Below are positions 28,722 through 37,100 of a stretch of 64,000 bases of DNA, piece after piece. Source of the stretch: a virus (Duplodnaviria > Caudoviricetes); the IMG/VR virus record IMGVR_UViG_3300020360_000085, positions 32,001 to 96,000 of that record. One strand, written 5' to 3'. The translations under genes were made by a program, and so were the position numbers. How positions within the stretch are numbered: the stretch's first letter is position 1; each line of letters opens with the position of its first letter. The notes beneath the pieces are model-generated. The model was not told the DNA's origin. It did not search any database and saw only the letters and a program-made list of their open reading frames with translations.

Positions 28722-30008
28722 CTATTTATCGTTTTTGGCTACAAAGTCGTCAATATATTTTTCAATGTCTTTAAGGTATTCTACCTTAGTATGTATTCTG
28801 TAATAAGTGTAATAATTTTGTGTAAGTATCGAACTCATTTCTTTAAGTGTGTTACACCATTTATCATGACTCCAATTACTTAATTCTAAAAATAAACTGT
28901 TTAATTTTTCTGTTTTTTCATCAGGATTATTTACGGTATCATAACTTTCGTCCCACCACTTATCAAATGTTTTAAATCCATAACTTTTTAATACTTTTAA
29001 ACTACCTGATGTACCTGCTATAACAAATGGATTTAAATGTTTTAAAGATCTATTAATTTTTTCTGTAAGTAATATACCTCTTTCTTGAGGTTCAAACTCT
29101 GTTTCATAAACAAACTCGCAGTATCCTTTATTATAAAGTTTATAGTCTATAAAATGACTCCATAATGTGTTTATATTTTGTGGCTCCCCATTTGGATTTT
29201 CTATTTTGTTATGCCAAGGTAAAGTTTTCTTAAAAGTATAATTATTATTTAAATTAAAGTCGTTTACATCCTGTTCAGTGCTATTAAAAGATATAATATT
29301 TTCTTCTAATAAATTATTTTTATAAACAAATTCTGCAAAATCACATCTGTGCTTTCTAGGTCTGCTGTTAGTAGCAATTAATTTATATGGTCTATGCTGT
29401 GGGTCTTGTAAATTTTTTACATTTTCATGATACTTTTCCATATCATTTTCATAAAATTCTACACCTAAAGATAAGTTACATGCCACTGTATCTATATCAA
29501 AAACTTTAGGCGGGTTATAATTATTTACGTTTAATACCATACTTTTAGTATTTAAATTATATTTTTTTATAGTATTATCTAATACGTTATAAAAAATTCT
29601 GCATGTATCATTTTTAGTATTTTGCAAAGGATATGTGTGTTCATATACATTATCTATAATAATTAAACATTTATTATTTTGATTATCTATAACTACATCG
29701 TTAGGTATGTCAAAAACATCTTGTTCTGTTAAAATTTTTGTATTGAATATTCTTGGTGCAACTAAAATTGGAAAAGCATATACATTTGTATCTTTATGCT
29801 CATATATTTCTATTTTGTTAGTGGGTAATTTATATAAAGGTCTGTCTTGTAAATTAAAAATTTTTACATAATCATTGTTTTTAATGATCTTAAGAATTTG
29901 ATCTTCTGTATATCCATAAGGACATAATACTTTTTGACCTTTGAGACTTAGATGCTTTTTAGGGTAAAGTTTAATTTTTGGTGTGTGTTTAGGTATATCG
30001 TATTCCAT
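28722..30008 (-). CDS. Hypothetical protein, putative glycosyltransferase-like family (paralog of 55501..56667)
   Basis: LTEK..R...PFVIAG..G.L..LK.YGFKTFDKWWDESYD motif shared with the paralog; GT function is inference. Confidence 0.6.
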   Translation of the reverse strand: MEYDIPKHTPKIKLYPKKHLSLKGQKVLCPYGYTEDQILKIIKNNDYVKIFNLQDRPLYKLPTNKIEIYEHKDTNVYAFPILVAPRIFNTKILTEQDVFDIPNDVVIDNQNNKCLIIIDNVYEHTYPLQNTKNDTCRIFYNVLDNTIKKYNLNTKSMVLNVNNYNPPKVFDIDTVACNLSLGVEFYENDMEKYHENVKNLQDPQHRPYKLIATNSRPRKHRCDFAEFVYKNNLLEENIISFNSTEQDVNDFNLNNNYTFKKTLPWHNKIENPNGEPQNINTLWSHFIDYKLYNKGYCEFVYETEFEPQERGILLTEKINRSLKHLNPFVIAGTSGSLKVLKSYGFKTFDKWWDESYDTVNNPDEKTEKLNSLFLELSNWSHDKWCNTLKEMSSILTQNYYTYYRIHTKVEYLKDIEKYIDDFVAKNDK

Positions 30009-30170
30009 TTATAATATATCGTCCATAAGTTTCTTTTTACTTTTTTGTTCACCTGCAGAAACTCCATGCGATTTAATTTCATGATTATAAAGCCATTTAT
30101 GTATTTTTGAATAGGAATAGTATATAAATCCTGTTGCTACTAATATTAAAAATATTTCTACGTTTGTCAT
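30009..30170 (-). CDS. Small membrane protein (53 aa), not in ORF track
   Basis: MTNVEIFLILVATGFIYYSY...; fills the gap between terminase and the next gene exactly. Confidence 0.6.
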   Translation of the reverse strand: MTNVEIFLILVATGFIYYSYSKIHKWLYNHEIKSHGVSAGEQKSKKKLMDDIL

Positions 30171-30171
30171 T

Positions 30172-31755
30172 TTAAATTACTGGTAATGGTTGATCATAAC
30201 TGTCATCATCGTCATCATCATATTCATATCCAAGTCCACTACTTACAGCACTATATACATCTTCTTCAAAAGAACTAATATAATCTATCATTCTTAAACC
30301 AAGTACTAAACTCATAACTAAATCATCTGTTTGTCCTGGTTTGGCTTTAAATGAATTTGCATTAGATACAAAATTTTTAAGTTCACTTATTAAAGGTTTA
30401 CTTTGTAAATGTAATTTATCTTGCTCTATAAGTCTTTTAAGTGTTAAACAGGATTCAATTTTACTTTTATGTGTTGTATGATAACCTCTTCTGCCTTTCT
30501 TGCCCTGTATTCTTTTAGGCTCATGAAGCATTTCTCCAGGAAAATTTTCTTCGCCTGTGTCCCTAATTACTACAAGTGCGGCTTCACCTATTGCATTGTT
30601 TTCAACAGTCCAATAAATCATTGCTCCATTTGTTTCTTCTCTAATGTAATGTAATATTTCCATCATTACTTTCATTTGACCTTCAATAGGAGTTTTATTA
30701 TGATACCATTCTGCCACTTGTTGCATACTTGGAACTTCTAAAACTTGTATGGCGGCATTATCTCCACCAGTACCAGTAGCAGGGTCTAAACTTACTACAT
30801 ACATATTATCAGGTTTAGGATGTTTGTACCAACGAACTTGACCGCTTCTAAGTAAAGGATCAACACCATTAAGTTCTAAAAGTTTTAATGGATCTACAAG
30901 TGTTTCATCATATATAACAAATTCACATTCGTGTTCACGTCTAAATCTTTCTTCTCCTATCCTGCCACGTTCTTCAGTTGCCCAATCAAGATCTCTATCA
31001 GGATGTTCGTCCCAGGTTGCAAGTAGAGGTTTAAAACCATTTATACCAACTTCTTGCTCATTGCCATGTTGATCAAATAATTTGTTTGCCTGTCGCCAGA
31101 TTGTAGCAAATGTGTCCTCATCACTATTAGGTGTACTAGTAATAATACATTTACCACCTGTTGCTAATGTGGGAGACAATGCTGTCCAAAATTCTGATGC
31201 AATACGTTGAGGTACAAATGCAAACTCATCTAAGTAAACTAATGTAAGCGACATACCTCTACCAGTGTTTTCTGTTGTAGTGGCGGCAACTATTCTACTA
31301 CCATTATCAAAACTTATACTGCCTTTGTTGTATTCTGTAACTCCTGCTCTTATATGATCAGGTACACTTTCATATGCATATCTTATACGTTGCATAATTT
31401 CCTGAGCACCTGCCTGTTTATGAGCCGCAACTAATATAGTGCTATCAGGCTTAAACATAGCATACCAAAGCAAATATCCAGCCGCCACAGTAGTTTTACC
31501 CATCTGTCTACCCAACATATTAATACTGTATCTGAAACTATTATAATTGTGTATAAGATCTAATTGATAACTAAATGGATCAAAATCTATACCGCCCTGT
31601 GTTGGATGCTGTATTTTAACATGATTAGACATAAAATACAGAGGACCTGTATCTGGATTTGCACAGTTTTTAAAATCTTCAAGGGTATCTGGTGTATATG
31701 CTACTTTGCTGTAGCCTGGTTTAACCAGACTGGTATCTGCTGTTCCTCTTGCCAT
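30172..31755 (-). CDS. gp17: Terminase large subunit (T4 gp17-like)
   Basis: RQMGKT, LVYLDEFAF, STPN, SLDPATG, DDLVMS. Confidence 0.95.
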   Translation of the reverse strand: MARGTADTSLVKPGYSKVAYTPDTLEDFKNCANPDTGPLYFMSNHVKIQHPTQGGIDFDPFSYQLDLIHNYNSFRYSINMLGRQMGKTTVAAGYLLWYAMFKPDSTILVAAHKQAGAQEIMQRIRYAYESVPDHIRAGVTEYNKGSISFDNGSRIVAATTTENTGRGMSLTLVYLDEFAFVPQRIASEFWTALSPTLATGGKCIITSTPNSDEDTFATIWRQANKLFDQHGNEQEVGINGFKPLLATWDEHPDRDLDWATEERGRIGEERFRREHECEFVIYDETLVDPLKLLELNGVDPLLRSGQVRWYKHPKPDNMYVVSLDPATGTGGDNAAIQVLEVPSMQQVAEWYHNKTPIEGQMKVMMEILHYIREETNGAMIYWTVENNAIGEAALVVIRDTGEENFPGEMLHEPKRIQGKKGRRGYHTTHKSKIESCLTLKRLIEQDKLHLQSKPLISELKNFVSNANSFKAKPGQTDDLVMSLVLGLRMIDYISSFEEDVYSAVSSGLGYEYDDDDDDSYDQPLPVI

Positions 31756-31779
31756 ACAGTTATTTATATAAGTGAGGGT

Positions 31780-32883
31780 TTAAGAAAGGCTTTTTTTAAG
31801 TTTATCTTTTAAATAGTTTGTTAAAACTTCTTTATCTGTTGACATTGAAGCATCTGCAGGAGATATTACCATTACTTGGTCCATGTCATCTTTAGGTTCC
31901 ATTTCTGGTTCTTCATGATCATCATGGTCTTTGTGATCTGGTGTATGATCTACCTCTCCGCTTTTTTCAAAATCTATACCTGCAAGTCTTAAAATGTCGT
32001 GTAATTCGTCCATGCTGTCAGCATTTGCACTAACAGTTACACTTGAATCACCTTGTTTTTTAGTTTTACTATAACTTACTCTTTCTGATTCTTCATCTTC
32101 ACTAGGCATAGCATATCCAAGGCTTTCATTCTTGATAAAATTAGCCATTTGTTGTTTTGAAGGTTTACCTTGTGGCACATTATCTGCTTGTTGTTTACTT
32201 AATATGCGATCAACAACTCCGGGGAATTGTTTTTGTTTATCTAAGCCACCTGCTCTTTGTTGTTGCTTAACCATATCCTGCCCTCTTTTTGTTTGAGCAG
32301 TACCTAGTTGTATTTGAATACCTATACTGTTTTGAATTAAATCATTTAATGCTGGAATTGTATCTGTTGGAGGATTTTTGCCTTGCTGTATTCTCTGCAT
32401 GGCTCTAATTATGTCGTTTACCTTTTCATTGTCTGGAACAATTTGTTTTATTGCAACACGATCTTGTCCTGTAATTTCTTCCTGAATACTTTCTAAACCA
32501 GCCGTTTTTGCTTGTTGTTTAGCCAAGTCTTGACCTCTTCTTGTTTGAGTAACACCTAGTTGTATTTGAATACCTATACTATTCATTATTAGTTTATTAA
32601 GTGATTCGGCAAAATTTGCAGGTACACCTCTTTTTTCTTTTAAGAAACTCATTGCTCTAATTACTTCTGTAACTGCTTGTTGATCACCATCAAGTATTTG
32701 TGCAAGAGCCACTCTGTTTTTAGAAGTAATTTCACCTTCTGGAGATTTATCTTGTTTACTTGCATCAGATCCTATAGGTCTATCATCTAATGCATCGCCC
32801 ATTTCTGGTGATACATTTTGTCCACCGCCCATTGGGACTAAATTTTTATCTGGTGCTTCGCTAATGACATCATTGAGGTTCAT
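31780..32883 (-). CDS. Hypothetical protein with an internal duplication
   Basis: 367 aa; NSIGIQIQLGxxQTxRGQD occurs twice. Confidence 0.75.
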   Translation of the reverse strand: MNLNDVISEAPDKNLVPMGGGQNVSPEMGDALDDRPIGSDASKQDKSPEGEITSKNRVALAQILDGDQQAVTEVIRAMSFLKEKRGVPANFAESLNKLIMNSIGIQIQLGVTQTRRGQDLAKQQAKTAGLESIQEEITGQDRVAIKQIVPDNEKVNDIIRAMQRIQQGKNPPTDTIPALNDLIQNSIGIQIQLGTAQTKRGQDMVKQQQRAGGLDKQKQFPGVVDRILSKQQADNVPQGKPSKQQMANFIKNESLGYAMPSEDEESERVSYSKTKKQGDSSVTVSANADSMDELHDILRLAGIDFEKSGEVDHTPDHKDHDDHEEPEMEPKDDMDQVMVISPADASMSTDKEVLTNYLKDKLKKSLS

Positions 32884-33602
32884 TATACAATTCCTCCAGC
32901 ACCTCTTGATTGTGATACTCTGGAAACTTCTTTAGAACTTTCACTACCTTTACCCATATTAACACCTTTTGTAAGATCATCATATGTTGGTAGTAGATCG
33001 TTACCCATTAATTCATCTTTTGTAGGATATCTACGGAAGTAGTCTGCACCTTTTTCTGCTTTAATTTTTTGTAACTCATCTAAAAACTTTTTATTGTACT
33101 CTTCACCAAACAATGCTTCATTAAAATCAAGATCTTGATTTTCCATTTCATAATGTTCAAATGCATCGTCGCCATCTTTTAAATCCATATTTTCAGGATC
33201 TATATCAACAACTCTGTCTTCATTATTTGCCATTCTTTCTGCTTGGATATCTGCTTCTAATCTTCTAGGTTCTTTAACACCATAACATAAAACTCTTTCA
33301 TGATCTAAACCAAGATTAACTGCTAACCAAACTTCAAGTATTCTTTCATTGACTGGGTATTTTAAAACAACATCTGAACTGCATACTTCTGATGTAAATT
33401 GTACACCTTTAGCACGGTAAAATTCCATTGGATTTTCTTCTATTGGAGTTCTTTTAAAAGGTGTAGCACTAACTAAATTGTATTTTGCTAAACACTTCTC
33501 GATAATATCCATATGATCTGACCCACAGTCAGACGCAATTTTAACTCTGTATCCGTACTCTTTACTAAATGCTTCTGCGATGTATTGTTTTAATTCTGTC
33601 AT
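32883..33602 (-). CDS. Conserved hypothetical late protein
   Basis: 239 aa; late promoter 33628-33635, SD GGAG. Confidence 0.75.
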   Translation of the reverse strand: MTELKQYIAEAFSKEYGYRVKIASDCGSDHMDIIEKCLAKYNLVSATPFKRTPIEENPMEFYRAKGVQFTSEVCSSDVVLKYPVNERILEVWLAVNLGLDHERVLCYGVKEPRRLEADIQAERMANNEDRVVDIDPENMDLKDGDDAFEHYEMENQDLDFNEALFGEEYNKKFLDELQKIKAEKGADYFRRYPTKDELMGNDLLPTYDDLTKGVNMGKGSESSKEVSRVSQSRGAGGIV

Positions 33603-33633
33603 ATCGAAAACTCCAAATATACATTGTTATTTA

Positions 33634-34116
33634 TCATTTCTTGTCATTTTCACCTTTTATTATTTTTAAAAGATCGTTACGATCAAATACTGTAGCAGAA
33701 ACTCCCTCTGTTTCACCTGAACCTTTGTCACTAAATTTGTCTATTCTTGCTTTTTTAAGCATAAGATCTATTTGTTGTAACTTGGCTTTTGTTTTGGCAT
33801 CACTGGCATCTAAGGCGATTTTAAGCATATTACTTGCTTCTGCAAATACTTTGCCTGCCGCCATATCACTTACATTCATACCTAGTTGCATTAACTGTTC
33901 ATAACTTTCAACAGCCATTTTAGCAATATCATTCATTTCGCCTTCATGATCCTCTAGACCTTTTATTTCTTTAAAGGCGGCATTTATTTTTTCGCTAACA
34001 CTTAATGCGTTTTGAGTTTCTTCTATTTCTGCTTCTGTTTCAACAATGGTTGGTTCTGTTTTAGTAACTTCTTCTATAGGGGGCAGATTAAACTCTTCTT
34101 CTAGTTTCTTTGTCAT
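33634..34116 (-). CDS. Putative terminase small subunit (gp16-like)
   Basis: 160 aa helical protein; C-terminal ATVF..NDLL resembles the gp16 tail; packaging context. Tentative. Confidence 0.45.
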   Translation of the reverse strand: MTKKLEEEFNLPPIEEVTKTEPTIVETEAEIEETQNALSVSEKINAAFKEIKGLEDHEGEMNDIAKMAVESYEQLMQLGMNVSDMAAGKVFAEASNMLKIALDASDAKTKAKLQQIDLMLKKARIDKFSDKGSGETEGVSATVFDRNDLLKIIKGENDKK

Positions 34117-34127
34117 AATAGTATTTA

Positions 34128-34595
34128 TTACTTGCGTTTTCTAGCAACACGTTGTTTAGGCTTACGAGGTTTGTTGTTTTTAAATATTTGATCTTCGTTT
34201 ATAACTTTAAAGCGAATACCTTTACGTTGACACCATTCTTGAGCCGCTGTCCACTTTGCGGCATTTAAGGCCGTTTGCATAGCATCTCCACGGCTTCTGG
34301 CGTTTTTAAGGCTGGTTTGAGTACTGGGTTTTATCTCTATAAGTTCCACATGTTGAGAACCGTTTTTGTCTGTATATTGCACCATAAAATCAGGCACATA
34401 ATTATGATATTTTCCATCTAAAGGACTTCTGTAAGGTATTTTTACATTCTCACTTGCCCATTTAGTTATGTTAGGATGATTATCGCACATACGCATAAAT
34501 GCAAGTTCCCAACTGCTCCTGTATGTGGGCTCTTTTTTTCCTACGTATTTTGTTGCCTCTTTAACGACATACTTACCTTGCATAAACTTTTTCAT
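34128..34595 (-). CDS. Head completion nuclease (T4 gp4-like, TnsA-type)
   Basis: YRSSWE, WASE, YVPDF, IEIKP, AKWTAA. Confidence 0.85.
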   Translation of the reverse strand: MKKFMQGKYVVKEATKYVGKKEPTYRSSWELAFMRMCDNHPNITKWASENVKIPYRSPLDGKYHNYVPDFMVQYTDKNGSQHVELIEIKPSTQTSLKNARSRGDAMQTALNAAKWTAAQEWCQRKGIRFKVINEDQIFKNNKPRKPKQRVARKRK

Positions 34596-34596
34596 G

Positions 34597-35037
34597 TTAT
34601 GCCTTAATTATGTCTGTTAATCTGCTGTTAGAATTTTTTAATGGTGATACTAAATTGACTCTACTTCCTGTGGGTCTTAATGCGTTAATGGCATCATAGG
34701 CATCTTTGGTTATTTTAAGGGTATTTGTAGATAATTCAAAAAATTCAAATGGATGAACATTTTGTTTTTCTGCTACTTGATAAAGTACAATACTTAAAGC
34801 ATTTGCATTTGCTTGGCTAAAGCCTGAACTCAAAAGTCTCATTTTTATTTGTTCTAATAACGGACCATTAATATGCTCTAGTATATTTTCATCTGTAAAA
34901 CTACCAAGTATTTGTGAAGAAGCCTGAGGCACAGGAAAGTCTACTGTACTATTTTTTATAAAAATTGTAAGCATTTCATTTAGTAATGTAATGTCTTGTT
35001 CATTACCAAAAGTTTCATATAAACTTTGACTAGCCAT
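34597..35037 (-). CDS. Hypothetical protein
   Basis: 146 aa, operonic. Confidence 0.7.
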   Translation of the reverse strand: MASQSLYETFGNEQDITLLNEMLTIFIKNSTVDFPVPQASSQILGSFTDENILEHINGPLLEQIKMRLLSSGFSQANANALSIVLYQVAEKQNVHPFEFFELSTNTLKITKDAYDAINALRPTGSRVNLVSPLKNSNSRLTDIIKA

Positions 35038-36295
35038 CTGGTGAATCTCCTAAATTACTATCAGAGCCTGTATCTATACGTTTTGCTTTTCCATCAAAGA
35101 TATCTCCCTCAACTGGGTTTTGTAATCCTTGAGTGATTTCGTTAAACAGTCCGCCTGTTAATGCATCTTTGATATCTCCACCATTAACTGCGGCACTAAG
35201 GCCTTTATCTAATATTCTGCCAAAAGGATTATCACTTAAGAAATCACTAGCCTTATCTAAAATACTTCCTTCATCAACTTCTCTGGATTCTGCAGGAGTA
35301 TAAGTTGGATTAGATGAGGTACCTAAATTAGAATCGCCTGTTACAAACTTGTTGTCTTTTCCTACATTTTCACCTGCATCGCCAAATTGGGTGTGTATTT
35401 GTGGATGACGTTCTCTGCCCATTACACTTCGCATAGTTGTAGGTTCTGTAATAGCAATTGGTTTTTTATCTCCAGCATATCTGCCTGGAAGATTAACATT
35501 ATCCATTCTTTCAAATCTGGATAAATCTTGCTCACTTAATTTGAAATTTAATTGATCATGTACTGTAAAATATTCATATGCTACTTGTATTTGAATATCT
35601 TTGAATCCACTGTCTGCATAGTCTATATCACCAAAATTAATACTGGTAATAATAGGATTCGCTAAACTGTACTGCACACCTGTATTACCATGATACATAA
35701 TCATATCGATTCTTTCAAAGAAGTAAGGTGTTTCTCTTTGGGTATAACCAAATGCATCTGGATTGTAACCTTTAGTACTGGAGTCAGTTCCAAATTTACT
35801 TTCGCTATTATACTTTTTAACATTTTCCAAAAGCATATCATGAGCTATGTCTCTTGTTTTAAACTTATCTGGATCGCTAGCCGATGTAAATTTACCACTT
35901 CCTTCTTCATGTTTACTTGTTGAATCAGCAAAACTATATGTGAAATATTTCATTAACATTACTAGCCATTCGTTCTGAATGGTATCAAATAATGTTATTC
36001 CAACTGGAGCATATTCTCTGCCACTTGTAACAATTCTTTTCTGATTAAATGCGTTTACTACTTGTGTTTGTATTTGCACTTCAGGTAACTGAGCCGTTCT
36101 AACAAGAGAACTTAATCTGGTTCGTAAATTTATATTATCCTCGAGGAATGTGCCTAACAATGCTCTGTTAGGTACAAAATTTATATATCCCTCAAACTTT
36201 TGTCGCGGGGGTGCGACATCTGGTCTAAAATGATAGGCGTTGCGGAAGTCCTTTAAATAGAAATTCCGCCCGCCTCCGAATTTAAGAAACTGCAT
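35030..36295 (-). CDS. Tail-tube-fold baseplate/tube initiator protein (gp19/gp48/gp54-like)
   Basis: N-half pattern (VRTAQLPEV...YAPVGITLFD...DIDY) parallels the adjacent tube protein. Confidence 0.55.
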   Translation of the reverse strand: MQFLKFGGGRNFYLKDFRNAYHFRPDVAPPRQKFEGYINFVPNRALLGTFLEDNINLRTRLSSLVRTAQLPEVQIQTQVVNAFNQKRIVTSGREYAPVGITLFDTIQNEWLVMLMKYFTYSFADSTSKHEEGSGKFTSASDPDKFKTRDIAHDMLLENVKKYNSESKFGTDSSTKGYNPDAFGYTQRETPYFFERIDMIMYHGNTGVQYSLANPIITSINFGDIDYADSGFKDIQIQVAYEYFTVHDQLNFKLSEQDLSRFERMDNVNLPGRYAGDKKPIAITEPTTMRSVMGRERHPQIHTQFGDAGENVGKDNKFVTGDSNLGTSSNPTYTPAESREVDEGSILDKASDFLSDNPFGRILDKGLSAAVNGGDIKDALTGGLFNEITQGLQNPVEGDIFDGKAKRIDTGSDSNLGDSPDG

Positions 36296-36316
36296 CAGGC
36301 ACTCCTAAACCTTAGA

Positions 36317-36955
36317 TTAACCTAAAATTGTTGAGCCTACGTCTACTGTTTCTGGGAATGGGTTTCCGCCTACAGTTCTACCATTAACATCGTTATCACC
36401 TTCAAAGTGTACGGCGTTATCGTATCTGATCTGCATGATCACCTGTACTGGATCACTTGCTGAATAGTCTGAGTCACTGTAGTCAACGTTTGTTAAGAAA
36501 CAACCTTCAAGGAACCAAACTTCCGATGCACCTGCGTTGACACCATCTAAAACTTCGATTTGGCAATCGAATTTGTAATCACTACCTGAAGCAGGAGTTG
36601 ATTGTTGGAAATGGTTCAATTGTCTTTGGACTTGGGCACCAACAAGTTTTGTTACTTGGTTTTGTATATCATCCCTTACAGTAAGAGTAATTTGTTCCCA
36701 TGCATGTTTTCCTTGAACATAGATTCTGGAGTTGTAACTATCAATAATTTGCTCTTCGTAACTAATTTTTGGTCTACTTACGTTTTGCACATTTTGAGTA
36801 AGTACTTTAGTTTCATTACTTCCACCAAAGTTGTTAAGCAAACTCACACGGAATCTATATTTAAGTTTTGGCATAAGTACACCAGAACCAGTATTACCGG
36901 TTAAGGGTACACCAAATTTACTTTTAGTTTCTGTTGTTGCACTATCTACTGCCAT
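36317..36955 (-). CDS. gp19: Tail tube protein (gp19-like)
   Basis: PKLKYRFRV...HAWEQITLTVRDD...YDNA; directly after the sheath; own late promoter 37005-37012 and SD AGGAG. Confidence 0.8.
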   Translation of the reverse strand: MAVDSATTETKSKFGVPLTGNTGSGVLMPKLKYRFRVSLLNNFGGSNETKVLTQNVQNVSRPKISYEEQIIDSYNSRIYVQGKHAWEQITLTVRDDIQNQVTKLVGAQVQRQLNHFQQSTPASGSDYKFDCQIEVLDGVNAGASEVWFLEGCFLTNVDYSDSDYSASDPVQVIMQIRYDNAVHFEGDNDVNGRTVGGNPFPETVDVGSTILG

Positions 36956-37055
36956 GTTGTTCTCCTAGAACTTAATTAATTAAAGTTCGACTTTAATATA
37001 CGAATATTTATCTGATCTTAGTAAAAAATATTAACTATAGTTTTAATTCTCTCAC

Positions 37056-37080
37056 AAAAAAGGGCGGAAAAACCGCCCTT
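37056..37080 (-). terminator. Rho-independent terminator after the sheath gene
   Basis: AAGGGCGG-TTTTT-CCGCCCTTTTTT. Confidence 0.85.
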
Positions 37081-37100
37081 CTATGTATTTAAATTACTGC

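Noticed and set aside
8422-31755. Inteins or introns in helicase, UvsW, UvsX or terminase
   Set aside because: Lengths are normal and motifs are contiguous.
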